Of a DNA stretch of 64,000 bases, positions 29,916-39,574 are shown piece by piece; position 1 is the stretch's first letter, and the number at the start of each line of letters is the position of its first letter. The notes beneath the pieces are model-generated. The model saw only the letters and a list, made by a program, of their open reading frames with translations. It was not told the origin of the DNA and searched no databases. Source of the stretch: an uncultured Verrucomicrobiae bacterium (GTDB lineage Bacteria > Verrucomicrobiota > Verrucomicrobiia > Chthoniobacterales > Terrimicrobiaceae); assembly GCA_963706955.1 (NCBI GenBank), contig CAVPOC010000006.1, positions 64,001 through 128,000 on the forward strand, given 5' to 3'. Both the position numbers and the translations under genes were made by a program.

Positions 29916-31184
29916 ATGAATTCCGAACTCATAGCGATGCTTGACTACCTCGAGCGCGAACGGAGCATCAAGCGAGAGGTGCTGGTCGAGGCGATATCCA
30001 GCGCGCTGCTCACGGCTTCGAAGAAGAACTTCACTTCTGGAACCCGCGAGCTGCGCATCGATATCGATCCGAAAACTGGCGCCATTCGCGCCCTTGCCAA
30101 GCTTATTGCGGTCGAACGTGTTCAAAATCCGCACGATGAGATTCTTATGACGAAGGCCCGTGCGCTCAAGCCCGGCATTCAACCCGGGGACGAGATTGAG
30201 GTCGAAGTGACGCCGCGGGATTTTGGACGCATCGCGGCGCAAGCGGCGCGCCAGGCCATCAACCAACGGATCCGCCAGATCGAAAAGGATATGATCTATG
30301 AGGAGTTCAAGGATCGGGCCGGCGAGATCGTCAGCGGAACCGTCCGCCGCTTTGAAAAATCCGACGTCATCCTGGATCTCGGAAAATTCGAGGGGACAAT
30401 GCCCGCACGTGAGAGGGTCGTCACCGAAGAATACAGCGTCGGAGACCGGCTTCGCGCCTACGTCGTCGCGGTGGACAATGCCTCCCGTGGTCCGGAGATC
30501 ATTCTTTCGCGTAGTCATCCCAATTTTGTCCGGCGTCTCTTTGAGATCGAAGTGAGTGAAATTGCCGACCGGACCGTCGAGCTGAAGGCGATCGCGCGTG
30601 AGGCGGGATATCGGACAAAGGTTGCCGTGCACAGCGGTGATCTCAAGGTCGATCCCGTGGGCGCCTGTGTCGGAATGCGCGGGGCCCGCGTCAAGAACAT
30701 CGTTCGGGAACTTAACAACGAGAAGGTCGATATTATCCGCTGGGATCCCGACCCTCTCAAATTCGCAGCGGCTGCCTTGAAGCCGGCCAATATTCGCAGT
30801 ATCTCACTCGACGACGCGACTCACACCGTCCACGTCCTCGTCGGAAAAGACGATCTCTCCTTGGCGATCGGAAAACGCGGCCAGAACGCGCGCCTAACCT
30901 CGAAACTAACTGGTTGGGACGTGGATATAGAAGAAGACAAGACGGCTGAACAGGTATTGGAATCTCAGAAGGCACAGGCGGCTCACTCGATGGCCGAGGC
31001 TCTCGGGATCAGCGAGGCCGAGGCGCAAACTCTCGCAGCTGGCGGGATGAATTCGATCGAAGTCATCTTGACTTCGGGCGCCGAGGACATTGCCGGATTA
31101 CTTGGGTGCGATCTCGACAGAGGCCAAAAGATCCTCGATGCCGCGCGCGCCTCGGTGCAACCCCAAGAGACCGCTGCTTCGTAG
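29916..31184 (+). CDS. nusA: transcription termination/antitermination factor NusA
   Basis: FGRIAAQAARQ, S1 domain, ILSRSHP, AREAGYRTKVAV, DPVGACVGMRGARV, LAIGKRGQNARL. Confidence 0.97.
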   Translation: MNSELIAMLDYLERERSIKREVLVEAISSALLTASKKNFTSGTRELRIDIDPKTGAIRALAKLIAVERVQNPHDEILMTKARALKPGIQPGDEIEVEVTPRDFGRIAAQAARQAINQRIRQIEKDMIYEEFKDRAGEIVSGTVRRFEKSDVILDLGKFEGTMPARERVVTEEYSVGDRLRAYVVAVDNASRGPEIILSRSHPNFVRRLFEIEVSEIADRTVELKAIAREAGYRTKVAVHSGDLKVDPVGACVGMRGARVKNIVRELNNEKVDIIRWDPDPLKFAAAALKPANIRSISLDDATHTVHVLVGKDDLSLAIGKRGQNARLTSKLTGWDVDIEEDKTAEQVLESQKAQAAHSMAEALGISEAEAQTLAAGGMNSIEVILTSGAEDIAGLLGCDLDRGQKILDAARASVQPQETAAS

Positions 31185-31211
31185 GCATGAATTCTCCACA
31201 CTTTCCTTTGC

Positions 31212-33341
31212 ATGGCGACTACAAAATCCGCGGACAAAGCAACCAAGTCTAAGGCGCCGTCTGTCTCGGCCGCTGCCAAGAATCCGGCAGTCGAAGAGGC
31301 ACCGACGGAGCTTCCACCGGCACCAAAGACGCCTGCCGAGACGCTAGACCTTCTCGAGCCAAAGAAGAAGGTGAAGCGCCGCGAAACGGACGGGGGTGCC
31401 TCCAAACCGGTTCTTCCGCCAATTCAGAAGATCCAGGCCAGACCTCCAGCGAAGCCGACACCGGTTGTGCAACAGGAGCCCGAGCCGGTGCCGCCGAAGG
31501 AGGAGGCTGTCCCTGAACCGGCCGCCGAAGTCCAAGACACCACGGCTGAGCCGGAGACCGACAAGAAGGTGATCCACCTGAAGACCTCAATCACCGTGAA
31601 GGACCTGGCCCCCTTGATTGGCATCAAGCCCTTTCAGGTTATCGCCGACCTGATGTCCCTTCAGATATTTGCCAATATTAACCAGACGCTGGAGCTCGAT
31701 ACTGTCGCGAAGCTTTGCGAGAAGCACGGCTTCGTTCTCGAGCGCGAGAAGAAGGATACTTCCAAAGGTCATCACAAGCAGGAAGTGAAGGTTGAGGTCC
31801 CTAAGGAACCCGAGAAACCTCGTGAGGAGGCCCTCAAGCCGCGTGCACCCATTGTGACCTTCATGGGCCACGTCGACCACGGCAAGACCTCTCTTCTCGA
31901 TGCGATTCGCAAGGCACGGGTGGCGGCCGGCGAAGCAGGTGGCATCACCCAGCACATCGGCGCATACAGCGTGCAACGCAATGGCCAGACGATAACTTTC
32001 CTCGACACGCCGGGGCATGCTGCGTTTACCGCTATGCGAGCCCGCGGCGCTAACGTCACCGATATTGTCGTGCTCGTGGTGGCCGCTGACGACGGCTTGA
32101 TGCCGCAAACGATTGAGGCCATCAACCATGCCAAAGCCGCGAAAGTTCAATTGATGATCGCGATCAACAAGATCGATCTGCCAACCGCGAATATCGATAA
32201 GGTTAAGACGCAACTCCAGGAGAGGGGTCTTACGCCGGAGGATTGGGGAGGCGAGATCATTTGCTGTCCCGTGAGCGCCACCAAGGGGACCGGCATTGAC
32301 AGTCTTCTCGAGATGATCAGCCTGCAATCTGAGGTGCTCGAGCTGAAATCGGATCCGCGGGCGACACCTCGGTGCACGGTGATTGAAGCCCAACTCGAAC
32401 AGGGTCGAGGACCCACCGCGACCGTCATTGTGCGCATGGGCACGTTGCGGGTGGGCGATGCCTTCATCTGCGGTAATTACTGGGGAAAGGTCAAACAGCT
32501 TATCAGCGACACCGGAAAGCCGATTAAGGAGGCGGGCCCGGCGACGCCTGTAAAGGTGCTCGGCTTCAGCGGCCTGCCGAATGCGGGAGATGAATTTGTG
32601 GTCATGGAAAGCGAGCGTGCGGCGCGAATCCTGAGCGAAGAGAGGCTCTTCGACATTCGCAATAGCAAGCTCGCGGCGCCGCAGCGCGCTACCCTCGAGA
32701 ATCTCTTTGCCAATATCGCCGAAGGGCAAAAACCGACCTTGCAAATCGTCCTCAAGGGCGACGTGCAGGGCTCAGTGGAAGCGCTCGTCGGAGCGCTCAA
32801 GGAAATTCCCCAGAGCAAGATTACGCTCGATATCATCCATTCGGCGGTCGGGCCGATCACCGAGTCCGATGTTCTCTTGGCGAGCGCCTCAAATGCGGTC
32901 ATCATTGGATTCAGCGTCAAGGTGGAGAACAACGCCTCCACCGTCGCAAAGAGAGAGGGCGTTCAGATCAAGCTCTACAGCATCATCTACGAATTGATCG
33001 ACCAGGTGAAGGAAGCAATGGCGGGAATGCTCGAGCCCGAGCTGCGCGAGACGGTCATCGGTCACGCTGAAGTGCGTCAGGTATTCGATCTTTCCAAGGG
33101 CAAGGTGGCGGGGTGCTACGTCAACGATGGTCGGATCAGTCGAAGCGCGCGTGCTCGGGTGCTTCGGAAACGGCAGCCGATTTATGACGGCGGCATTGGG
33201 ACGCTCAGACGTTTCCAAGATGACGTCAAAGAGGTCCGCGCCGGTCTGGAGTGTGGCATCAAGCTGGGTGATTTTTCGGAGTATTTGCCTGACGATATCA
33301 TCGAGTGCTACACGCTTGAGAAGGTCCCGCAGCAGCTTTGA
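31212..33341 (+). CDS. infB: translation initiation factor IF-2
   Basis: [69 protein letters not shown]. Confidence 0.98.
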   Translation: MATTKSADKATKSKAPSVSAAAKNPAVEEAPTELPPAPKTPAETLDLLEPKKKVKRRETDGGASKPVLPPIQKIQARPPAKPTPVVQQEPEPVPPKEEAVPEPAAEVQDTTAEPETDKKVIHLKTSITVKDLAPLIGIKPFQVIADLMSLQIFANINQTLELDTVAKLCEKHGFVLEREKKDTSKGHHKQEVKVEVPKEPEKPREEALKPRAPIVTFMGHVDHGKTSLLDAIRKARVAAGEAGGITQHIGAYSVQRNGQTITFLDTPGHAAFTAMRARGANVTDIVVLVVAADDGLMPQTIEAINHAKAAKVQLMIAINKIDLPTANIDKVKTQLQERGLTPEDWGGEIICCPVSATKGTGIDSLLEMISLQSEVLELKSDPRATPRCTVIEAQLEQGRGPTATVIVRMGTLRVGDAFICGNYWGKVKQLISDTGKPIKEAGPATPVKVLGFSGLPNAGDEFVVMESERAARILSEERLFDIRNSKLAAPQRATLENLFANIAEGQKPTLQIVLKGDVQGSVEALVGALKEIPQSKITLDIIHSAVGPITESDVLLASASNAVIIGFSVKVENNASTVAKREGVQIKLYSIIYELIDQVKEAMAGMLEPELRETVIGHAEVRQVFDLSKGKVAGCYVNDGRISRSARARVLRKRQPIYDGGIGTLRRFQDDVKEVRAGLECGIKLGDFSEYLPDDIIECYTLEKVPQQL

Positions 33342-33363
33342 AATACAACCGCGACGCCCGCGC

Positions 33364-35307
33364 GTGATTTGTCTGGCCCCCCGCTACTCCATTCTTGGGA
33401 TTGCATTTGCCAGCCTCTTGCTTGCGACCCTCGCTTCGAGCCAGGAGAGCGCGCCTCTCCTCGAAAACAGCGGGTTCGTCGAAAACCCGAAACCTACCTG
33501 GGAGACCCAGCGAAAAGCACGAACCTTCGTTCTTGGGATCCCTGCTCCTCGTGGGCAAATCACCGACCGATTCGGAAAGCCCCTGGCCCAAACCCGGCTG
33601 AGCTACAACCTGGCGATTAGCTTTCCCGCGCCGCTCGATTGGCCTGACAGCAAGATTCTCACCTTCGCCAAGCAACAGATTACGCTCGCGAGCGGACTCT
33701 TAAAGCGAGTAGTCCCCATCTCGGACGAGGTAGTTCTCAATCACTATAAGAATCGCGGAGTGCTGCCACTCGACATTGTTGAGGATCTCAGTCCTCAGGA
33801 ACTTGGAGTCGTTCAGCGAGGTGTCACTCCGAACCTAGTTCTGCGGCAGACCTACGTGCGCTTCTATCCAAACGGTCCACTCGCTGGCCATATCGTCGGT
33901 TATACCGGCCGTGAAGCGCCACTCTCGGTGCGACCAATCGAGAACAACGATCTCCTCTTCTCTGATAGCGAGGGCCGGGAAGGTCTCGAGCAGATTTTCG
34001 ACAACGAACTTCGCGGACAAGTCGGTCAACTCCATGTCACTTATGACGCTGGCGGCAATAAGACTTCGGAGCGAATCGCCCGCCCGCCCGTTCCGGGCTA
34101 CAATGTCATTACCACTCTCGACGAAGATCTTCAGCGCATCTGTGAAAACGTGTTGGCGAAGAATTGTAAAAGAGGCGCCTTCGTCATCATGGATCCTAAT
34201 AGCGGCGAGATCCTGGCAATGGCCTCGCAACCAGGCTTCAATCCCAATGAGTTCGTGCCGGTCGTAAAGAAAGAGGTGTTCGATAAATACAGCAATGACG
34301 AGGCTGCGCCGCTCATCCCGCGAGCCTATCGCTCGGCCTACCCGCCTGGCTCAACCTTCAAGGTTGTCGTGGGCTTCGCTGCTCTCGAAAGTGGAAAGGT
34401 CACTCCCGACAACCGCTTCGATTGCCCGACGGCGATCACCATCGGCGATCATACCTTCAAGAACTGGAAGAAAAGCGGGGCGGGGAGCCTCAATTTCGTC
34501 CAGGCGCTTACCCAATCTTGCAACACTTGGTTCTACCAGGTCGCTCTGAAAATTGGAGCTGATCCGATCATCGAATACGCTCATCGTCTTGGCCTCGGAA
34601 AACGGACCGGAATTCCCATCTATGCCGAGAGCGAGGGAAACATTCCTACCGACGAGTATATGATGCGCGTCCACAAACGCGCCATCAAGCGAGGCGACGT
34701 TGCCAACATGGCCATCGGTCAGGGGGACATCTTGATTACGCCTTTGCAGATGACGCAGGCCTTGAGCGTGATTGCTTCCACAGGAAAGTTTCATCAAACG
34801 CGCCTGGTGAAGCAGGTGCAGAGCCTGGACAACAAAGTGGTCGCCGCGTATCCGGATCGCCTCCGAGAGAGCATTCCGGTCTCGACACAGAACGACAAGG
34901 CTCTACGGCGTGCGCTGCAAAACGTCGTCTACGACGGACAGGGGACCGCTCATTCCGCTCAGGTCAAGGGCGTTCGGGTTGCCGGCAAGACGGGCACGGC
35001 TCAATGGGGTCCGGAGGCCAAACAGCGCACCGCCGCATGGTTCGCCGGCTTTGTCCCAGCCGAGAATCCGGAGTACGCCTTTGCCGCTCTCTACGAGGGT
35101 GAACCGAATGATGATTCCGTGCATGGGGGCTCGCATGCAGCTCCTCTGGCGAGAAAAGTATTCCGTGAGGTCTACAAGCTGAAAAAGACGCGCGATAGCA
35201 CAGCTGCGGAGACCCCCGCGCCAGCCGAGGAGAAGGAAGAGAAGGAAGAGAAGCAAGAGAAGGAGGAAGAGGAAGCCCCGCCTCCTGCTCAGGATCAGTC
35301 AAACTAG
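33364..35307 (+). CDS. class B penicillin-binding protein (PBP2/MrdA-like transpeptidase)
   Basis: APRGQITDRFG dimerisation motif, PPGSTFK (SxxK), QSCN (SxN), AGKTGTAQ; start placed at GTG 33364 because the ORF-track start lies inside infB. Confidence 0.9.
   Translation: MICLAPRYSILGIAFASLLLATLASSQESAPLLENSGFVENPKPTWETQRKARTFVLGIPAPRGQITDRFGKPLAQTRLSYNLAISFPAPLDWPDSKILTFAKQQITLASGLLKRVVPISDEVVLNHYKNRGVLPLDIVEDLSPQELGVVQRGVTPNLVLRQTYVRFYPNGPLAGHIVGYTGREAPLSVRPIENNDLLFSDSEGREGLEQIFDNELRGQVGQLHVTYDAGGNKTSERIARPPVPGYNVITTLDEDLQRICENVLAKNCKRGAFVIMDPNSGEILAMASQPGFNPNEFVPVVKKEVFDKYSNDEAAPLIPRAYRSAYPPGSTFKVVVGFAALESGKVTPDNRFDCPTAITIGDHTFKNWKKSGAGSLNFVQALTQSCNTWFYQVALKIGADPIIEYAHRLGLGKRTGIPIYAESEGNIPTDEYMMRVHKRAIKRGDVANMAIGQGDILITPLQMTQALSVIASTGKFHQTRLVKQVQSLDNKVVAAYPDRLRESIPVSTQNDKALRRALQNVVYDGQGTAHSAQVKGVRVAGKTGTAQWGPEAKQRTAAWFAGFVPAENPEYAFAALYEGEPNDDSVHGGSHAAPLARKVFREVYKLKKTRDSTAAETPAPAEEKEEKEEKQEKEEEEAPPPAQDQSN
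35230..35265 (+). repeat. 9-bp tandem repeat (x4) coding the acidic PBP tail
   Basis: gagaaggaa gagaaggaa gagaagcaa gagaaggag. Confidence 0.7.
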
Positions 35308-35370
35308 AGCGCTCTCGCGCCGTCTCCCGTCAGGGCGCGCCTAGGTAGGCCACCGCCGGAAAGCCTGCCG

Positions 35371-35393
35371 GACGGTGAAGGCACTGTCGCTAC
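35371..35393 (-). repeat. GTAG-type REP-like palindrome (degenerate copy)
   Basis: reverse complement GTAGCGACAGTGCCTTCACCGTC matches 25074-25096 at 20/23. Confidence 0.55.
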
Positions 35394-35474
35394 AACGGCC
35401 ATCGACCATGCAACATCGCCGCCCGAGAGCGCGCTCATCTCGGCTCCGGGGGGTAGTTGCGACTTTTCAAAATT

Positions 35475-35828
35475 CTACGCGAAATAGGTATCTTCATGCG
35501 AGTACGCCGGCGCGCAGCAGCAAAGAAAGCGCAGACGTTTGAAGGCGGTGATTTGGTGCCACGCACCTGGCGGGATGAGGATCGCATCACCGGCCAGGAC
35601 CGAACGGGCCTCACCATCAATCTCCATCGTGCCTTCGCCTTCGAGAAGGAAATAAAACTCCTCGCTTAGAATATGGTAATGCCGTTCGGTTGAGCTACCG
35701 GCTGCAACACTGGCTTCGGCGAGGCTTTGATTACGTACCGGCGCATTTGTGCTGTCCAGGATGCTGCGAATCCGGGAACCATCCTTGGTCGTAAAGGGTT
35801 TTTGACTGGATACGTTCAGGACAATCAT
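35475..35828 (-). CDS. cupin domain protein
   Basis: QSLAEA.V..G..T.RHYH..SEEFYFLLEGEG, IPPGAWHQI, CCCAPAYSHEDT. Confidence 0.88.
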   Translation of the reverse strand: MIVLNVSSQKPFTTKDGSRIRSILDSTNAPVRNQSLAEASVAAGSSTERHYHILSEEFYFLLEGEGTMEIDGEARSVLAGDAILIPPGAWHQITAFKRLRFLCCCAPAYSHEDTYFA

Positions 35829-35843
35829 CGAGAGTTCGCGCCT

Positions 35844-36656
35844 ATGAAGTTTTACGAAGGTTGCACCGCCTTAATTACCGGAGCTTCGTCCGGATTGGGA
35901 GCGGAATTTGCCCGGCAACTCGCACCCGATGTTCACGCGCTCGTCTTGGTGGCTCGGCGCTTGGAGAGATTGGACGGATTGAAAAGAGAACTCGAGAGCG
36001 CCCATAAGAACTTGACGATCTACATTTACGGTGCCGATCTCGGTATCGAGGATCAGCGTGTCGCCTTCGTCGAGTGGCTCGCTTCGCAAAACCTTAAGGT
36101 CCACTTCCTCATCAACAACGCGGGCTTGGGCGACCAAGGGACATTTGATTCAAGTGATTGGAATAGAATTAGGGCGATGCTCGAGGTGAATATCTCCGCT
36201 CTTACTCACCTCACTCATCTGCTCCTCCCGTCGATGACCTTGAGCGGTCGGGCGGCGATCCTCAATGTCAGCTCGGTGGCTGGCTTTCTTCCCTTGCCGA
36301 GTATCGCCGTTTACGCTGCCACCAAGGCGTATGTCACAAGCTTGTCGGAGGCACTGGCGATCGAACTGCGTCCGAAGGGGATAACCGTCACGGCATTGTG
36401 TCCAGGTCCGGTCGCCACAGAATTTCATTCTGTGGCGCGGCGCCCCGGCGTCGGGACCCCCGAATCCCACGTCGATTCGATGCCGGCCTTCGTGGTCACG
36501 CCGGAGGAGGCGGTGCGGGCGGCCCTGGTGGCAGTTTCTCGCGGCCGCGCGCGTGTGGTGCCGGGGCTCCTCCTCTGCATTGCGATGGGACTGACGGCAG
36601 TCGTGCCTTTCTTCATTACCCGAGAAGTGCTCAGGGCTTTGCGGAAGAAGCTCTGA
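35844..36656 (+). CDS. short-chain dehydrogenase/reductase
   Basis: ALITGASSGLG, LINNAGLG, NVSSVAG, YAATK, LCPGPVATEF; start at ATG 35844. Confidence 0.92.
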   Translation: MKFYEGCTALITGASSGLGAEFARQLAPDVHALVLVARRLERLDGLKRELESAHKNLTIYIYGADLGIEDQRVAFVEWLASQNLKVHFLINNAGLGDQGTFDSSDWNRIRAMLEVNISALTHLTHLLLPSMTLSGRAAILNVSSVAGFLPLPSIAVYAATKAYVTSLSEALAIELRPKGITVTALCPGPVATEFHSVARRPGVGTPESHVDSMPAFVVTPEEAVRAALVAVSRGRARVVPGLLLCIAMGLTAVVPFFITREVLRALRKKL

Positions 36657-36662
36657 ATCCCT

Positions 36663-37736
36663 GTGGATCATGAATCAGCCATTGACAAGATTGCTGTCGC
36701 TCAAAATGCTTCTGTTGTGAATAAACTCACAAAAATGTCCGGCGTTCGACGGGAAAGTGCGGCGTTCGCTCAGACGCTCGAGCTCATCAATCCGCATCTC
36801 TATTCGGTTGAAGCGAGAATTCGAGAACAGGCGCGCGCATTTGACCCGGCGGTCGAGGGCTATGTGGCGTATCTCTGCGAAAAGGGTGGTAAACGGTTGC
36901 GGCCGGTTCTCGCCCTCTTGGCGGGCGGGGCTTCCGGGCACATTACCTCCGGACACGTCGATCTCGCGGTGATCGTTGAGATGGTTCACATCGCGACTCT
37001 TGTTCATGATGATATTATGGATGGGGCGGAGTTACGGCGTGATCAGCCGACCGCCAATGCCAAATGGGGCAACTCTATCAGTGTTCTGTTGGGAGACTGC
37101 CTCTTCGCTCATGCCTTGCGACTGGCGACAGGTTTCAGCAACAATGCGATCTGCCGGCGCATAGCGGATGCCGCCTCGGACGTTTGCTCGGGCGAGATCA
37201 TTCAAACTCAGCGGCGCTATGATCTCAAACTGAGCACGGCAGACTACTACCGGATCATCGAGATGAAGACAGCCGCGCTCTTTGGTGTCGCCTCCGAGCT
37301 GGGGGCCTTCATCAGCGAAGCCAATCCAGGCGTCATCGGGGCCCTGAAGAATTTCGGTTTGAAGGTTGGCACCGCCTACCAGATCTATGACGATTGCCTG
37401 GATCTGACCGGAAGCGAAGAGGAGACCGGAAAGACGCTTGGCACCGATATCCGCAAAGGAAAGTTTACCCTTCCGGTCCTTCTCACGCTGCAAAATCGAC
37501 AGGGTCTCGACTTAAGTAGACTGCATGACCTGTTGCTACGCGAGGAAGATGTGGATGAGGAACTTCTCGGCGATCTTTTACGCCGAGCGGGTTCGATTGC
37601 CGCCGCAGCTCAGGTCGCTAAGCGGATGCTCCATGAGGCGCGCCAGTCACTTGATGCTGTTCCAGTGAACCGCTACGTGAACGGCCTTCAGGCGATCACC
37701 GATCATCTAATCGGTTTGGTCGATCGGTTGCGCTAG
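36663..37736 (+). CDS. polyprenyl diphosphate synthase
   Basis: GGKRLRP, HDDIMD...RR (FARM), KTAALF, YQIYDDCLD (SARM), GK..GTD...GK.TLP; true start possibly ATG 36735. Confidence 0.93.
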   Translation: MDHESAIDKIAVAQNASVVNKLTKMSGVRRESAAFAQTLELINPHLYSVEARIREQARAFDPAVEGYVAYLCEKGGKRLRPVLALLAGGASGHITSGHVDLAVIVEMVHIATLVHDDIMDGAELRRDQPTANAKWGNSISVLLGDCLFAHALRLATGFSNNAICRRIADAASDVCSGEIIQTQRRYDLKLSTADYYRIIEMKTAALFGVASELGAFISEANPGVIGALKNFGLKVGTAYQIYDDCLDLTGSEEETGKTLGTDIRKGKFTLPVLLTLQNRQGLDLSRLHDLLLREEDVDEELLGDLLRRAGSIAAAAQVAKRMLHEARQSLDAVPVNRYVNGLQAITDHLIGLVDRLR

Positions 37737-37785
37737 GGTGAGGCGCGCTTTGAGTCAAGCAGCGCCGCACCAGGAACGCTCTCCC

Positions 37786-38475
37786 ATGCGCATCCGGGAA
37801 ATCCCTCCAAGCGACCGTCCCCGGGAAAAGCTGGCTGCCCATGGAGCCGCCTGCCTCACAGATGCCGAATTGTTAGCGATCTTTCTTCGCACCGGCGTGA
37901 AGGGCAAGAGCGCCATCACGCTCGCCAGCGAGCTGTTGCGGAAAAAGGGATCGTTACGTGCGCTGTCGCGATCATCGGCGGGCGAACTTGCTAAAGCGGC
38001 GCCGGGGATAGGCCCGGCAAAGGCGGCCGAGCTCGCCGCCGCTTTCGAACTCGGCAAGCGCCTGGCCAGGGGAGGGGCCGAGCGACCGGTGCTGGACAGT
38101 GCCGCAGTTATTTACGAGACCTTTGGCGCCGAGCTTCAGGCTCGTGATCGCGAAGTGCTTCGCGTCCTGTTGCTGGACACGAAATTGCGGCTGCTGGCCA
38201 GCGAGGACGTTGCCCTCGGCTCGCTGAACGAATGTATCGCGCACCCTCGTGAAATTTTCCGGCCCGCCATTATGCACTCTGCCTACGCGGCGATTCTTGT
38301 CCACAACCATCCTTCCGGCGATCCTGCCCCGAGCCAGGCCGACAATCGCCTGACGAGGCAGTTGGGTGACGCAGCGAAGCTTCTCCAGATCAATTTTCTT
38401 GATCATATCATCATCGGTCTGCCGGACGGCGGGAGAGTGCCCTACTTCAGCTTTCGCGAAGCAGGCGTGTTATGA
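37786..38475 (+). CDS. radC: RadC / JAB-domain protein (UPF0758)
   Basis: DRPREKL, LTDAELLAIFLRTG, GIGPAKA, HPREIF, HNHPSGDP.PS.AD, LDHIIIG. Confidence 0.93.
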   Translation: MRIREIPPSDRPREKLAAHGAACLTDAELLAIFLRTGVKGKSAITLASELLRKKGSLRALSRSSAGELAKAAPGIGPAKAAELAAAFELGKRLARGGAERPVLDSAAVIYETFGAELQARDREVLRVLLLDTKLRLLASEDVALGSLNECIAHPREIFRPAIMHSAYAAILVHNHPSGDPAPSQADNRLTRQLGDAAKLLQINFLDHIIIGLPDGGRVPYFSFREAGVL

Positions 38476-39275
38476 AGATTCATCCCACCGCCATCGTGGA
38501 CCGCGAAGCGGAATTGTCCGAAGACGTCGAGATCGGCCCGAACGCAATAGTCGGAAAAGGCGTCAGGCTGGGCGCGGGATGCGTCGTTCAGGCCAACGCA
38601 ATTCTGGAAGGCTCGACCATTTTCGGCGCGCAAAACTTCATCGGCTACGGCGCTGTTATCGGGGCGACGCCCCAGGACTTCGCCTTCCGCAAGACGGTGT
38701 CCAGTCAAGTCCGTATCGGAGACGGCAACACGTTTCGGGAATACGTGACGATCCATCGTGGAACGAAGGAGAGCTCCGCCACCGTGGTCGGCAACAATTG
38801 CTATCTAATGGTCGGCACTCATCTTGGACATAATGTCCGACTAGGTGATAACGTGGTCATTGCCAACAACTGCTTGCTCGCAGGTTATGTGGAAGTCGGT
38901 GACAGCGCCGTGCTGGGTGGGGGGACCGTATTTCATCAGTTTCTGCGCATTGGACCGCTCGCGATGGTGCGCGGAGGGACCCGCTTCGGTAAGGATATTC
39001 CCCCATACGTTTCCGCCGACGGCGAGAACTTGCTCTCAGGAGTCAACGCCATCGGATTGCGCCGGGCCGGCTTGCAAGCAGATACCCGCGTGCAAATCAA
39101 ACGAGCCTTTAAGCTCGTCTATTGGAGTGGAATCAATATCTCCCAGGCACTCGAACGCTCCAAATCCATGAGTTGGAGCGCGGAGGCGCAAGTTTTTTTC
39201 GACTTTATCGCCAGCTCGAAACGTGGCGTCTGCGCTGCCAATCGTGTGCCCGAAGTTGAAGATACTCAAGGTTAG
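38472..39275 (+). CDS. lpxA: UDP-N-acetylglucosamine acyltransferase
   Basis: IHPTAIV hexapeptide repeats, G.TPQD, REYVTIHRGT, HLGHN, VFHQF.RIG, GVNAIGLRRAG. Confidence 0.92.
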   Translation: MKIHPTAIVDREAELSEDVEIGPNAIVGKGVRLGAGCVVQANAILEGSTIFGAQNFIGYGAVIGATPQDFAFRKTVSSQVRIGDGNTFREYVTIHRGTKESSATVVGNNCYLMVGTHLGHNVRLGDNVVIANNCLLAGYVEVGDSAVLGGGTVFHQFLRIGPLAMVRGGTRFGKDIPPYVSADGENLLSGVNAIGLRRAGLQADTRVQIKRAFKLVYWSGINISQALERSKSMSWSAEAQVFFDFIASSKRGVCAANRVPEVEDTQG

Positions 39276-39414
39276 ACGGAAGTCCATCCCGGCGAGCGAT
39301 ATGCGATGCCTTGTTACTTCTTCCACTGATTCAGTAACGTAGCCCTAATTGCTCGTTCTGGCAGCATCCGCGGAGGCGGAGGCCGTGATGGCGCGTCCGC
39401 CGGGGGATGAAAGT

Positions 39415-39473
39415 TGCAGGGCCGGTGTCCCCACCGGCGAGGATCTCCCGGCGGCGGGGACGCCGCCGCTACA
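39415..39473. repeat. inverted REP-like doublet
   Basis: TGCAGG-GCCGGTG-TCCC-CACCGGC ... GGCGGCG-GGGA-CGCCGCC-GCTACA; two hairpins with G(C/T)AG tails facing each other. Confidence 0.65.
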
Positions 39474-39498
39474 ATTTTTTCTGAAAAGTCCGATATCT

Positions 39499-39539
39499 TT
39501 GACCCAGGTCAAGGAGGACCCCGCGCGATTCGCTAGTCT
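39499..39539 (+). promoter_or_regulatory. FNR/DNR-type box and class II promoter of hmp
   Basis: TTGAC-CCAG-GTCAA (39499-39512); -10-like TAGTCT (39534-39539) places the box at about -41; SD AAGGAGG at 39564-39570. Confidence 0.75.
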
Positions 39540-39574
39540 AGAAGTCGAATCGTCACCGTTAACAAGGAGGCAGT

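Noticed and set aside
33127..33363. ORF-track N-terminal extensions (PBP from 33127, moaA from 2488, moeA from 4193, moaC from 5359, NarI-like from 41555, LssY-like from 24019)
   Set aside because: They overlap neighbouring genes or promoter boxes; downstream starts fit the family N-termini.
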